From: Lepidodermella squamata
Lineage: Eukaryota > Animalia > Gastrotricha
Assembly: GCA_047495785.1 (NCBI GenBank)
Contig: JBLDXI010000025.1
Coordinates: 1,674,001 to 1,738,000 of the forward strand
Length of the DNA: 64,000 bases
Direction of reading: 5' to 3'
The first letter of the stretch is position 1. Every line of letters starts with the position of its first letter. The translations under genes were made by a program, and so were the position numbers. Positions 45,103 to 56,155 of this stretch are shown here, piece after piece. The notes under the pieces are model-generated. The model made no database searches, was not told the origin of the DNA, and saw only the letters and a list, made by a program, of their open reading frames with translations.

Positions 45103-45251
45103 TGTTTGCCAAAATATCTGCATTCTGTATCAAGTATCTGTATCTGCATTCAGTGGTTACTTGGAAAGTTCCAGACATTACGGCTTAGTGCTTTGGCTAA
45201 TAGGTGCTATAATCTCGACCTTTTGCCATGTAATTTTATTCTCGAAGAACA

Positions 45252-46618
45252 CTAGCTGTAATACTCATCATTTGATTCTTCAGGTCGGAGGATCCAGGTT
45301 GAATAGTTCAATATAAAAATGGAAATCAATAATACTGAGATTCCGGCGTTGGAGCTGCAGTTATCACGTTCGAATATCCATTGCGGCCTTTGCACGCATA
45401 AACGATTGGCACCAGAGCCAAAAATAACTATGAAGAAAAACACATGAAACTATGAAGATAATTAGACAATAAAACTTCGAGTACTCACCAATACCACACA
45501 AACGGCGATAGCTGGCCCCAATGCATACCATTTGTAATTTTGGTATAGGGTGACTACCTCGACATAGCAACCCTGGGAAATTATAGCAATATAGACATAA
45601 ACACTTAGCACTGCGAAACAAACCTTGTCGTAATTGGAGTCATTCTTAGTTGCATCAAAAACACATCTCGCGATAGCCTCCGGGTTTTCCATTATACTTC
45701 TGTAATTCGCATGGAGAATCGAAGCTTCGACCTTCAGCGCGCTTTCCGAGCAACAACTCGGTGGTATTACCATTGTCCTTCCGCCTTCTGGATTAGTCAG
45801 CCAAGTTCGGTTGAATTTGTTCGCATGTTGATAGTCCAAACCGCTGGCCACCCCACAGCACTGCAAACCCAACTGGGCCGCGTTCCACGTTATACTATAT
45901 GGATCTTCGGAATCAAGCGCGACGTATTTTTCAACCAAAGTATCATTGATATATCGATAGAAAATTCCGCCAAGCTAGATCAGTAGTAAAGCTTTAATTC
46001 GGCATGCGATTTCCGATCAACTTACTATCTCGTCTGGGAAAGCGAGAATGATTGTGATTGCCACAAAAACGAATAAAAACAGGCTAATGAAGAGTGAATA
46101 CTGTAAAAAATCAAATCAATCACTATAAAAGTTCTTGAAGTGCATAATATTGTAAACAGACCGAAACAAAAAGGAATGTCGCGAATTCATCGCCCTTTCT
46201 TGAACATGCTGCGATGCAAGCCATGAAAGCCAACACAGCAAACAAGGCTCCGATTATCATCAGAGCCAGAGATATCGGCTGTAAGTACTCCGATAAATTC
46301 GTCGCATAATATCCCTAAGAGTATTTCGATTATTTAACGATTATTCTTAGAACAAAATGCATACTGTAGCAGATTCCGACCATTTTTGCAGTGCTTCTTG
46401 AATGTATGGTTTCAGTGTCTGCAAAAATTTTGAAGTGAAAAGTTTTGTAACCTTTGCATTACATACCGAGTCAGCCAGATATAGGGAAACCCCAGTGGCA
46501 CAAAGAGCCAAGCCGATTATCTATTCAAGTTAAATGAAACAAGTCACAATTTTTCATAACACCAACTCACCCCAAGTGGAATATTCAAGGATATAAACAA
46601 TATCGTGGTAAATCCCAT
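45252..46618 (-). CDS. Tetraspanin (multi-exon; 3' end approximate)
   Basis: Four TM segments, large loop WNAAQLGLQCCGV...PPSCC...GC, start MGFTTILFISLNIPLG. Confidence 0.88.
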
Positions 46619-47312
46619 GCTATTGATCACTCATTTTTTTTTGATTGAATGATCTCAATGGACTCTATGCGTACTGCTGAAAAAATCGATTGGATTATTG
46701 GGAATTATTTTAGTTCATGGATAATGTCAGACTTAGGAACTATTCTAGTTTTAATTATGTTTTTTCGAACTCGAAAACGGGCATGGCGGAACGTTATCGT
46801 AATCTGCCTATTATACTACAACAAGTTCTGAGCGGCACATACGCTTATATGTTTGTACATCGCGACCAACTCGTTAAGATCAAATCTTTCGCGCGGAGCC
46901 GCCGTAACGCCACAATCATATTCATATGTGAAGTACATGACATGGCACACTATATCGTTTGCTTCTTCACTCGGCCGCGGCTAATAAACATGTGCGCGTT
47001 TTCAAATGAAGTACTCGGCCGTCTATAATTTTGCGCTTCCGCGGCTGGTTAGTTAGTACGCTAATTTGTACATGGTTACATTCTAAAAGCGCAATAAACA
47101 CTTTTATATCACATAGCGCTTGCTTCACAGCAAGTGTTTTTGCGCTAACGGGTATCATTAACGTACGAGGCTATCAAGTTGCAAATTATAATTTTATTCA
47201 TCTTATTTCGTAGAGCAGATAAATATCAGCAGCATCAGATGAGCCAAAAATTGGATTGATTATCAATAGCTATATCACATTTCCCTAAAAGGAAGTTCAT
47301 TAAAATTGTTTA

Positions 47313-47738
47313 TCACCCCAAAGCTCGACGATAGTATTGTCCGTTATTAGATCCGAGATAATCACGGAATAATACATTATGCCGAAGATTGTCAAGTGGA
47401 ACATAATCAATGCAGCCAAGTTTTGAAAAATTCTCTTGTTCTTTGTCCAGTAAGCTGTCGTCGCTGAAAGTAAACCGTAGAAAATCCCGGACGATAAACG
47501 TCAAAACCGTGATTGTAACAGGGATTACAACGATAAAAAGCATCAGTGCTGCGAAAGCCACACTTGCGATGCCTTCCTTTGTAATAAATGCGTCCAATTT
47601 AGATGAGATGATGGGATTCAGCGTCGTTCTTTCATCGTGATATAAACAATTATGAGTTATCTCAGGCGTTGTAGTATGACTGACTGTGCCATGAAATGCT
47701 TTCAAATAGCCAGAACTGAGTATGCACGGTTCCGCCAT
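47313..47738 (-). CDS. Single-TM protein of unknown function, copy 1 (may have an upstream exon)
   Basis: 141-aa ORF with a strong hydrophobic segment, splice acceptor near 47762. Confidence 0.5.
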   Translation of the reverse strand: MAEPCILSSGYLKAFHGTVSHTTTPEITHNCLYHDERTTLNPIISSKLDAFITKEGIASVAFAALMLFIVVIPVTITVLTFIVRDFLRFTFSDDSLLDKEQENFSKLGCIDYVPLDNLRHNVLFRDYLGSNNGQYYRRALG

Positions 47739-48390
47739 TTCTGCGATAAAGTATATGTGCCCTAAAAGATGAAAATCTTAAACATTAGTTGAGCATGAAG
47801 AAGAGATGTTCCATCTAAATTTTCAGGGGATTGTTTTCATGGTAGGCGAAAGTTCAAAGCTAGTTTAGTTACAGGGCTTGCCGTTATGCCGGTTAGTGAA
47901 AGCGCGAGTGAGGTATTTAGAAATGTCCCAATGAAAGGGGGAAATGCAATAAGCAACCGCTTCTTTCACTACTGCGACGTTTTTGCCAAAATGCGGATTG
48001 GTGTTTTAATATTTAAGCAGTAAGCGTTTTGTGCACAACGCGAGGTAGAGAGATACGAGACGCCTGCATCTACTAGAGTCGCCATATCAATAATTCATTG
48101 TTGCATTCCTGATGCAAACATTTATTCCTCACGGCGCAGCTGATGCTAGACTACCGATCGGACCGGCTATTTTTACACAAGAATGCAAAAAACGAGTATC
48201 GGTCTAATTTTGCACAATACTTTTTTAAAAGCTTCAAGTGGCACATGTTGGGTTTGAAAGCGTCTAATGTTTGGTCATACTTATGAAGAGAGAACACAAA
48301 CAAAATTGAAAAATTAGAGTGCAAGGTGTTTAATAAACTGCTCGCTTCAATATGTATATATGTATCATTGGTAAACACTAAAAACAAAAA

Positions 48391-49745
48391 ATGCTGGTAA
48401 ATGATATAATAGTTAGCCTAGGATGTTTAGTTTTCGCCATTCTTCCCGCCTGGTCTTCGTTGTTTACTGTCAGCAACGAATACACCACAACATTCAATTA
48501 TGCAGTCGACCCAGCTCCGTGCCCAGTTCCACGAATTCATAACGGATTCATGCGGCGGCAGCACGAGAATGGCGGGATCTTCGAAGTTGGCCGGCGCGTG
48601 GTTAGCGGTATGATAGGCTTCATTTCTTGCAACAAAGGCTTCACAGTTTCCCCGGAAAATCTTATGGGGCCTATATCGATTTGCGCGTTCAACGGAACTT
48701 GGTTACCAAGAATATACCCATGTGTTGCTGCCGAAGAGTACTCTGTAAGATAGGCCTACATTTATTGAAAACGTAATGAATGATTTTGTTTAGTGCCGAG
48801 CTCCATACCGCTTGAACGCTTTCCTAACAGTTGACGATCGAATCGTTGGAACATACGCTTTTGTGCCATTCGGAAGGGAAATTATGGTCACGTGCACTAA
48901 TGGGTTTGAAATTAATGGACCAGCGATAAGTCAGTGCACTAACGGCGGTTTTTGGTCTCCATTACTTGGCAATTGTGATAAAACAGGCTCCCTAACTCGA
49001 ACAAAATATTCATCTGCTCATAGAAAGGTCTTCCGTCTTGCATTTACGAATAAATCCTTTTGACCATATCATTATTTAGGTTTACTTACCAGAACTTGGA
49101 GAGGCAGTTGCAACCGGTAATCTAACAGCAGTCGCCGGTATGCTGATTCAGAACGCTGATGTCAATGTCCTCGGTTATCCTCGTCCCTCAAGATGCGATT
49201 GCTCTCTTGATTTTTCAAGCGTTTGGCTCATGTCCGCTTTTCACATATCGGTGGCGTGCTGCCAGACGGAGATCTTCGACCTTCTGATTGATAACGGTGC
49301 TAAGCTAAATTCATCGGATGACTATGGCTACACTGCTCTAATTCGAGCCTCGACGAACGGGATGGTGGAAATGGTTGAAAAATTGCTATTTTACCAAGCT
49401 GATGTCAATATGACGACGCATGAGGGTTATTCCGCTCTTATGTTAGCAGCTTCTAACGGGTACTTCGAAGTAGCTAAACTCCTGATCGAATCCATGGCGG
49501 ATGTAAATGCGGCATCCAACTCGGGTCTCACCGCTCTAATGCTGTCTGCTCGTCAAGGCTACAAAGGGATCGTGGAATTACTACTCGAATCAGGTGCTGA
49601 TATTGATGCTAGAGATAACAACGGTTCGTCATCGTTGAAACTCGCAGCTCGCGGTAACCACGGAAGTACAGTTAGACTACTCATTCAAAGAGGAGCCGAC
49701 AGAACTGGTTGTTATCATCCCATGTGCTTCATCATGGAAGAATAA
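48391..49745 (+). CDS. Signal peptide + 2 Sushi/CCP + ~6 ankyrin repeats, copy 1. Exons 48391-48744, 48794-49027, 49080-49745
   Basis: CPVP..NG...CNKGF...C..NGTW...PC and CRAP...CTNGF...C..GGFWSP..GNC Sushi patterns, and G.TAL..A...G repeats. Both introns (49 and 52 nt) are phase 0 and keep the frame. Confidence 0.8.
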
Positions 49746-50219
49746 ACCCCTCGAGAATAAAGAATAAATATTTTCATTTACAGAAAAACCATGTTGTTAT
49801 CCAAAAACTGGGGCATCTCAAGTTATTCCGTGCAGTTAGCAGTCAATTTTTTTTCAAATTCTTCAGAATATTGAAATTCATCTAGAGGATGCCGGGTTGT
49901 TTTGATAGTGGAATTAAACTGAAATAGTTTGAAAAATCTGAAAAATAAGGCTTCGCATGGAGCGTCACACAATAATTTTATTGCTTTTTAACAGACTTTT
50001 TAATTTCGCGCGCTATTTTTAAAGTTGGACTTTCACCATGCAAATCCGGCCTAAAATTACTTACATTCTCAAATAGCCCACGTATTGAGGGGTGACTTCC
50101 GCAGACAAGGCTTTCAGAAGGTGTGAGAAGGAATCGAGCGGAAAGACTTTGGCAGCTTAAAAGAGATATTATTTTGGATTCATCACCTAGTTATAACATT
50201 ATTTTCACTATTCGCTATA

Positions 50220-52601
50220 ATGAAATTTGCAAGCCTCTTTGCTGTTGTTGCATCGGTTATGGCAGAAAAACCTTACACACTCAAAATGCTTCATTTGATG
50301 CCGATGACTGGAAACGCACCTCGAACAGGCTACGACTGTTTTCAAGGATCAATGATTGCTGCGAATGCTGCCAATTCTTATCCTGGATTTCTACCCGACT
50401 ATCACATCGATTTAGTACCCGTTGATGAGTTCACATCTGGGAATAGAGCAGCGGCTAACACCATTGCGTTCCTTAACGAATTCGAGCATAACAAACGCAG
50501 TGGTTTGGTACTCAATAACACATTCCTATCCCCAGCTATGGTAGCTGGCTATTACACAAATGGGTGCAAAAGCCTTGGTGGGACGCTGCACTACCTTGGA
50601 ATAGTGGCCTACTCAATTTCGTGCGGCGCAAGATTCTTCATGGATCGAAAACTTTATCCAAATATGTACCTGTCCAAGTCGGTAACACAAATGATATACA
50701 GATCTATATTGAATTTCGTTAAGATTCATGGTAAATGGAACCGAATCGCCATCTTGGCAAACTTAGGAAACATAAATGATAACGATGTTGCGCAGCAAAC
50801 GTTCGCCTACGCTTTGCAAAATAACATGAGCGTTGCATGGTATCACGCTTTAATCGACCTTGACGATCCAAGTCCGGTCTATACCTTGAAGCAAAGTGAT
50901 GCCAGGATTATAATCCTGTCGATGGCCAATCTCGACGTATCTCGCCGATTTTTTTGCCTCTGCCACAAGTTGGGAATAACTGGGAGTCGCTACGTGTTTT
51001 TCGCTTCAAATGACATCATGTCCGACGTTTCTGCGATTCCTGACTTCCTATTATCCGGCTGCAGTAAAAATATTCTCCTCGAGCAATACAAGTCAGTCAT
51101 CGTTCAAGGTATAGCTCAGGTGCCCCTAGATGGCAATGTAAAGTCGGAACTCGGTTACTCATCTGCTGAATTCGAAGTGGCTTTTGATAAGCTTTCCAAC
51201 TCAGCTAGAGGGCCTGATTATCAGTTTCGATATCAGTGCCACGATTCAACTTTATTAGCGTTAATGACTCTTCAATATGCTGAAAAGTTAATGCAGATCG
51301 CCGAATCCGGGCTATCGCTTCGTAATTTCGAAAGCGAGCCGATGGCTGTGATGAAATACCTGCAAAAGGCGGCAGCTGAAATAAATATTACAGGTTTAAG
51401 GACGGGGAGGGTATCCTACGATAGCAGGGGCCAGTACATTGGTGAGATCGTTACCTTTGGAGAATGGCTACGTGGGCCTATCAGGAACTTCGGCATCGTA
51501 AGAGTCGGTCCTTCTACCAATGAAGCGTTATCAGCATTCACTATGGAGAAACTGCTACCTATTCCATGGAATACTGCAAATAAGATGCCACCAAATGACG
51601 GGCCAGTTTTCCAACAAATTTATGAACGAGTGGAGCCTCACGTTTTCTATGTAATTGCGCCACTTGCAGCTATTGTCATATTGGTTGAAGCACTATTGGT
51701 GGCTAAGGTATTGAGATCCAAGATCCATGATCCCCACAAACTTCTTGGATTTCTCGGCTCAATTTTCCTGACAATCGGCTCGCTTCTGTTCAGCCTAAGC
51801 GCCAAGAATTTGTCCGTTGATAACTTCACGCTGTGGTGCGCAAGAATTTGTTTTGTTACCACGGGATTTTCGCTGGTAAACGCGGTTTTACTTGGCCATC
51901 TGTTTGCTTACAAGCGCAGCATTACATCGGCACATCTTCCCACCTTCAGGCATACATCAATAACAGCATTCGGGAATCTTGGTATTCATGGGAAATCCTC
52001 TGCTTTGGTTGCTGCTGCAGCAAGCTCTAGCAGCAACAACCTGGCTGTAAATTCAAGTCGACTTTCAAGTGCCGCCAGCTTGAGACCTGTGGCTGCGGAT
52101 GATGTAAGCAGGAGGTCTAGCATTATTCCGATGCCGATCCCACTACAGCACACTACAATTTGTAAAATAGCTTTCATTTTTTTGTCACTCCATATTAGCG
52201 TCATAACAATCTGGCTGGCAATTGACCCTTTGCACTGTTCAATCTTGATTGAACCAATGATCTATGACCTAGCTGCGGATGCGTATACGACAAGATCAAC
52301 TCTTGTTTGCAATTCGGCTCACCAAAACTCTTGGGTATTTGCGCTTGTCGGCTTCAATTTCTTGGCTTTGATTCTCGCGATTTTCAATTTGTATGGTCTA
52401 CGATCACGCGGGGCTCATAAGGTGGTCTCAGACTTGGGCTATCTGACGATAGGAATTGTTAACTCAATAATGTTTCTCATGCTGACGTTTCTGTTATTGA
52501 TCGTATTCCCGCGACAAGTTGACAAGGAAATTTCTCTTGCAATTACTCCACTCATTCTTGCAGTTGTTGTCACGCCGTCTTGGTTCTCGAATTCTAAATG
52601 A
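50220..52601 (+). CDS. Class C GPCR, GABA-B-like (Venus flytrap + 7TM), intronless, copy 1
   Basis: Signal peptide, LPDYHIDL, DRKLYPNM, WNRIAIL, LKQSDARIII, GSRYVFF, W..IDPL...C.S...W in the 7TM region. Confidence 0.9.
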   Translation: MKFASLFAVVASVMAEKPYTLKMLHLMPMTGNAPRTGYDCFQGSMIAANAANSYPGFLPDYHIDLVPVDEFTSGNRAAANTIAFLNEFEHNKRSGLVLNNTFLSPAMVAGYYTNGCKSLGGTLHYLGIVAYSISCGARFFMDRKLYPNMYLSKSVTQMIYRSILNFVKIHGKWNRIAILANLGNINDNDVAQQTFAYALQNNMSVAWYHALIDLDDPSPVYTLKQSDARIIILSMANLDVSRRFFCLCHKLGITGSRYVFFASNDIMSDVSAIPDFLLSGCSKNILLEQYKSVIVQGIAQVPLDGNVKSELGYSSAEFEVAFDKLSNSARGPDYQFRYQCHDSTLLALMTLQYAEKLMQIAESGLSLRNFESEPMAVMKYLQKAAAEINITGLRTGRVSYDSRGQYIGEIVTFGEWLRGPIRNFGIVRVGPSTNEALSAFTMEKLLPIPWNTANKMPPNDGPVFQQIYERVEPHVFYVIAPLAAIVILVEALLVAKVLRSKIHDPHKLLGFLGSIFLTIGSLLFSLSAKNLSVDNFTLWCARICFVTTGFSLVNAVLLGHLFAYKRSITSAHLPTFRHTSITAFGNLGIHGKSSALVAAAASSSSNNLAVNSSRLSSAASLRPVAADDVSRRSSIIPMPIPLQHTTICKIAFIFLSLHISVITIWLAIDPLHCSILIEPMIYDLAADAYTTRSTLVCNSAHQNSWVFALVGFNFLALILAIFNLYGLRSRGAHKVVSDLGYLTIGIVNSIMFLMLTFLLLIVFPRQVDKEISLAITPLILAVVVTPSWFSNSK

Positions 52602-52667
52602 CAGTTTTCGGTGGCCGTGCGGTTATGTTTTTATTATAAACACCAATAACTGATAAATATTTCTTAG

Positions 52668-53204
52668 CTAATCGCTATCGTTTCTGAAACTGTTTTGGAA
52701 GGCCCAGTTTTTAATTGGCTGCTTGCCAAGCCATATCATCACAATGAGTGCAACTACGACAAACCCAGCGATGAAGAAAAACGTATAACCATGAGTCAAG
52801 TAGTTCACAACTTGTGAAGCATTCGCCACTGTTACAAGGTTGCCATACATCGCGTTATAGCTTATAGCAGCGGCAAGACCGAACGAGTTTTCACACATCG
52901 ATATTGCCGCGAAAATTCTGCCATGCTCTTTATCATCCGTCAGTTTAGAAAGTCCAGACCTTAACGATACAAACCAGTAATTCGAACAAGCCCCGAGAAT
53001 ACAGAAAACCCATGTAGCGTATTTTGGGTAAAATCCAGAGGTTCCGAGTGCGCACATGCCCAAAATTCGTGAAATCGCGCCGATCACCCCGATTGATGCG
53101 TCTGAAAGCGGAAGCACACTTCCGACTTTCAGTCTAAGCAATCGGATACCCGCAAATAGCGCCAGTCCCAAACTAGCCGCCCAGACAGCCATGAAGAATG
53201 CATA
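52668..53204 (-). pseudogene. 3' fragment of the SLC46-like MFS gene created by the duplication breakpoint
   Basis: Identical to 58604-59140 but cut mid-gene at the junction. Confidence 0.85.
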
Positions 53205-53248
53205 GCTATATCACATTTCCCTAAAAGGAAGTTCATTAAAATTGTTTA

Positions 53249-53674
53249 TCACCCCAAAGCTCGACGATAGTATTGTCCGTTATTAGATCCGAGATAATCA
53301 CGGAATAATACATTATGCCGAAGATTGTCAAGTGGAACATAATCAATGCAGCCAAGTTTTGAAAAATTCTCTTGTTCTTTGTCCAGTAAGCTGTCGTCGC
53401 TGAAAGTAAACCGTAGAAAATCCCGGACGATAAACGTCAAAACCGTGATTGTAACAGGGATTACAACGATAAAAAGCATCAGTGCTGCGAAAGCCACACT
53501 TGCGATGCCTTCCTTTGTAATAAATGCGTCCAATTTAGATGAGATGATGGGATTCAGCGTCGTTCTTTCATCGTGATATAAACAATTATGAGTTATCTCA
53601 GGCGTTGTAGTATGACTGACTGTGCCATGAAATGCTTTCAAATAGCCAGAACTGAGTATGCACGGTTCCGCCAT
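53249..53674 (-). CDS. Single-TM protein of unknown function, copy 2
   Basis: Same translation as 47313-47738. Confidence 0.5.
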   Translation of the reverse strand: MAEPCILSSGYLKAFHGTVSHTTTPEITHNCLYHDERTTLNPIISSKLDAFITKEGIASVAFAALMLFIVVIPVTITVLTFIVRDFLRFTFSDDSLLDKEQENFSKLGCIDYVPLDNLRHNVLFRDYLGSNNGQYYRRALG

Positions 53675-54326
53675 TTCTGCGATAAAGTATATGTGCCCTA
53701 AAAGATGAAAATCTTAAACATTAGTTGAGCATGAAGAAGAGATGTTCCATCTAAATTTTCAGGGGATTGTTTTCATGGTAGGCGAAAGTTCAAAGCTAGT
53801 TTAGTTACAGGGCTTGCCGTTATGCCGGTTAGTGAAAGCGCGAGTGAGGTATTTAGAAATGTCCCAATGAAAGGGGGAAATGCAATAAGCAACCGCTTCT
53901 TTCACTACTGCGACGTTTTTGCCAAAATGCGGATTGGTGTTTTAATATTTAAGCAGTAAGCGTTTTGTGCACAACGCGAGGTAGAGAGATACGAGACGCC
54001 TGCATCTACTAGAGTCGCCATATCAATAATTCATTGTTGCATTCCTGATGCAAACATTTATTCCTCACGGCGCAGCTGATGCTAGACTACCGATCGGACC
54101 GGCTATTTTTACACAAGAATGCAAAAAACGAGTATCGGTCTAATTTTGCACAATACTTTTTTAAAAGCTTCAAGTGGCACATGTTGGGTTTGAAAGCGTC
54201 TAATGTTTGGTCATACTTATGAAGAGAGAACACAAACAAAATTGAAAAATTAGAGTGCAAGGTGTTTAATAAACTGCTCGCTTCAATATGTATATATGTA
54301 TCATTGGTAAACACTAAAAACAAAAA

Positions 54327-55681
54327 ATGCTGGTAAATGATATAATAGTTAGCCTAGGATGTTTAGTTTTCGCCATTCTTCCCGCCTGGTCTTCGTTGTT
54401 TACTGTCAGCAACGAATACACCACAACATTCAATTATGCAGTCGACCCAGCTCCGTGCCCAGTTCCACGAATTCATAACGGATTCATGCGGCGGCAGCAC
54501 GAGAATGGCGGGATCTTCGAAGTTGGCCGGCGCGTGGTTAGCGGTATGATAGGCTTCATTTCTTGCAACAAAGGCTTCACAGTTTCCCCGGAAAATCTTA
54601 TGGGGCCTATATCGATTTGCGCGTTCAACGGAACTTGGTTACCAAGAATATACCCATGTGTTGCTGCCGAAGAGTACTCTGTAAGATAGGCCTACATTTA
54701 TTGAAAACGTAATGAATGATTTTGTTTAGTGCCGAGCTCCATACCGCTTGAACGCTTTCCTAACAGTTGACGATCGAATCGTTGGAACATACGCTTTTGT
54801 GCCATTCGGAAGGGAAATTATGGTCACGTGCACTAATGGGTTTGAAATTAATGGACCAGCGATAAGTCAGTGCACTAACGGCGGTTTTTGGTCTCCATTA
54901 CTTGGCAATTGTGATAAAACAGGCTCCCTAACTCGAACAAAATATTCATCTGCTCATAGAAAGGTCTTCCGTCTTGCATTTACGAATAAATCCTTTTGAC
55001 CATATCATTATTTAGGTTTACTTACCAGAACTTGGAGAGGCAGTTGCAACCGGTAATCTAACAGCAGTCGCCGGTATGCTGATTCAGAACGCTGATGTCA
55101 ATGTCCTCGGTTATCCTCGTCCCTCAAGATGCGATTGCTCTCTTGATTTTTCAAGCGTTTGGCTCATGTCCGCTTTTCACATATCGGTGGCGTGCTGCCA
55201 GACGGAGATCTTCGACCTTCTGATTGATAACGGTGCTAAGCTAAATTCATCGGATGACTATGGCTACACTGCTCTAATTCGAGCCTCGACGAACGGGATG
55301 GTGGAAATGGTTGAAAAATTGCTATTTTACCAAGCTGATGTCAATATGACGACGCATGAGGGTTATTCCGCTCTTATGTTAGCAGCTTCTAACGGGTACT
55401 TCGAAGTAGCTAAACTCCTGATCGAATCCATGGCGGATGTAAATGCGGCATCCAACTCGGGTCTCACCGCTCTAATGCTGTCTGCTCGTCAAGGCTACAA
55501 AGGGATCGTGGAATTACTACTCGAATCAGGTGCTGATATTGATGCTAGAGATAACAACGGTTCGTCATCGTTGAAACTCGCAGCTCGCGGTAACCACGGA
55601 AGTACAGTTAGACTACTCATTCAAAGAGGAGCCGACAGAACTGGTTGTTATCATCCCATGTGCTTCATCATGGAAGAATAA
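54327..55681 (+). CDS. Signal + 2 Sushi + ankyrin repeats, copy 2
   Basis: Same translation as 48391-49745, offset 5936. Confidence 0.8.
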
Positions 55682-56155
55682 ACCCCTCGAGAATAAAGAA
55701 TAAATATTTTCATTTACAGAAAAACCATGTTGTTATCCAAAAACTGGGGCATCTCAAGTTATTCCGTGCAGTTAGCAGTCAATTTTTTTTCAAATTCTTC
55801 AGAATATTGAAATTCATCTAGAGGATGCCGGGTTGTTTTGATAGTGGAATTAAACTGAAATAGTTTGAAAAATCTGAAAAATAAGGCTTCGCATGGAGCG
55901 TCACACAATAATTTTATTGCTTTTTAACAGACTTTTTAATTTCGCGCGCTATTTTTAAAGTTGGACTTTCACCATGCAAATCCGGCCTAAAATTACTTAC
56001 ATTCTCAAATAGCCCACGTATTGAGGGGTGACTTCCGCAGACAAGGCTTTCAGAAGGTGTGAGAAGGAATCGAGCGGAAAGACTTTGGCAGCTTAAAAGA
56101 GATATTATTTTGGATTCATCACCTAGTTATAACATTATTTTCACTATTCGCTATA

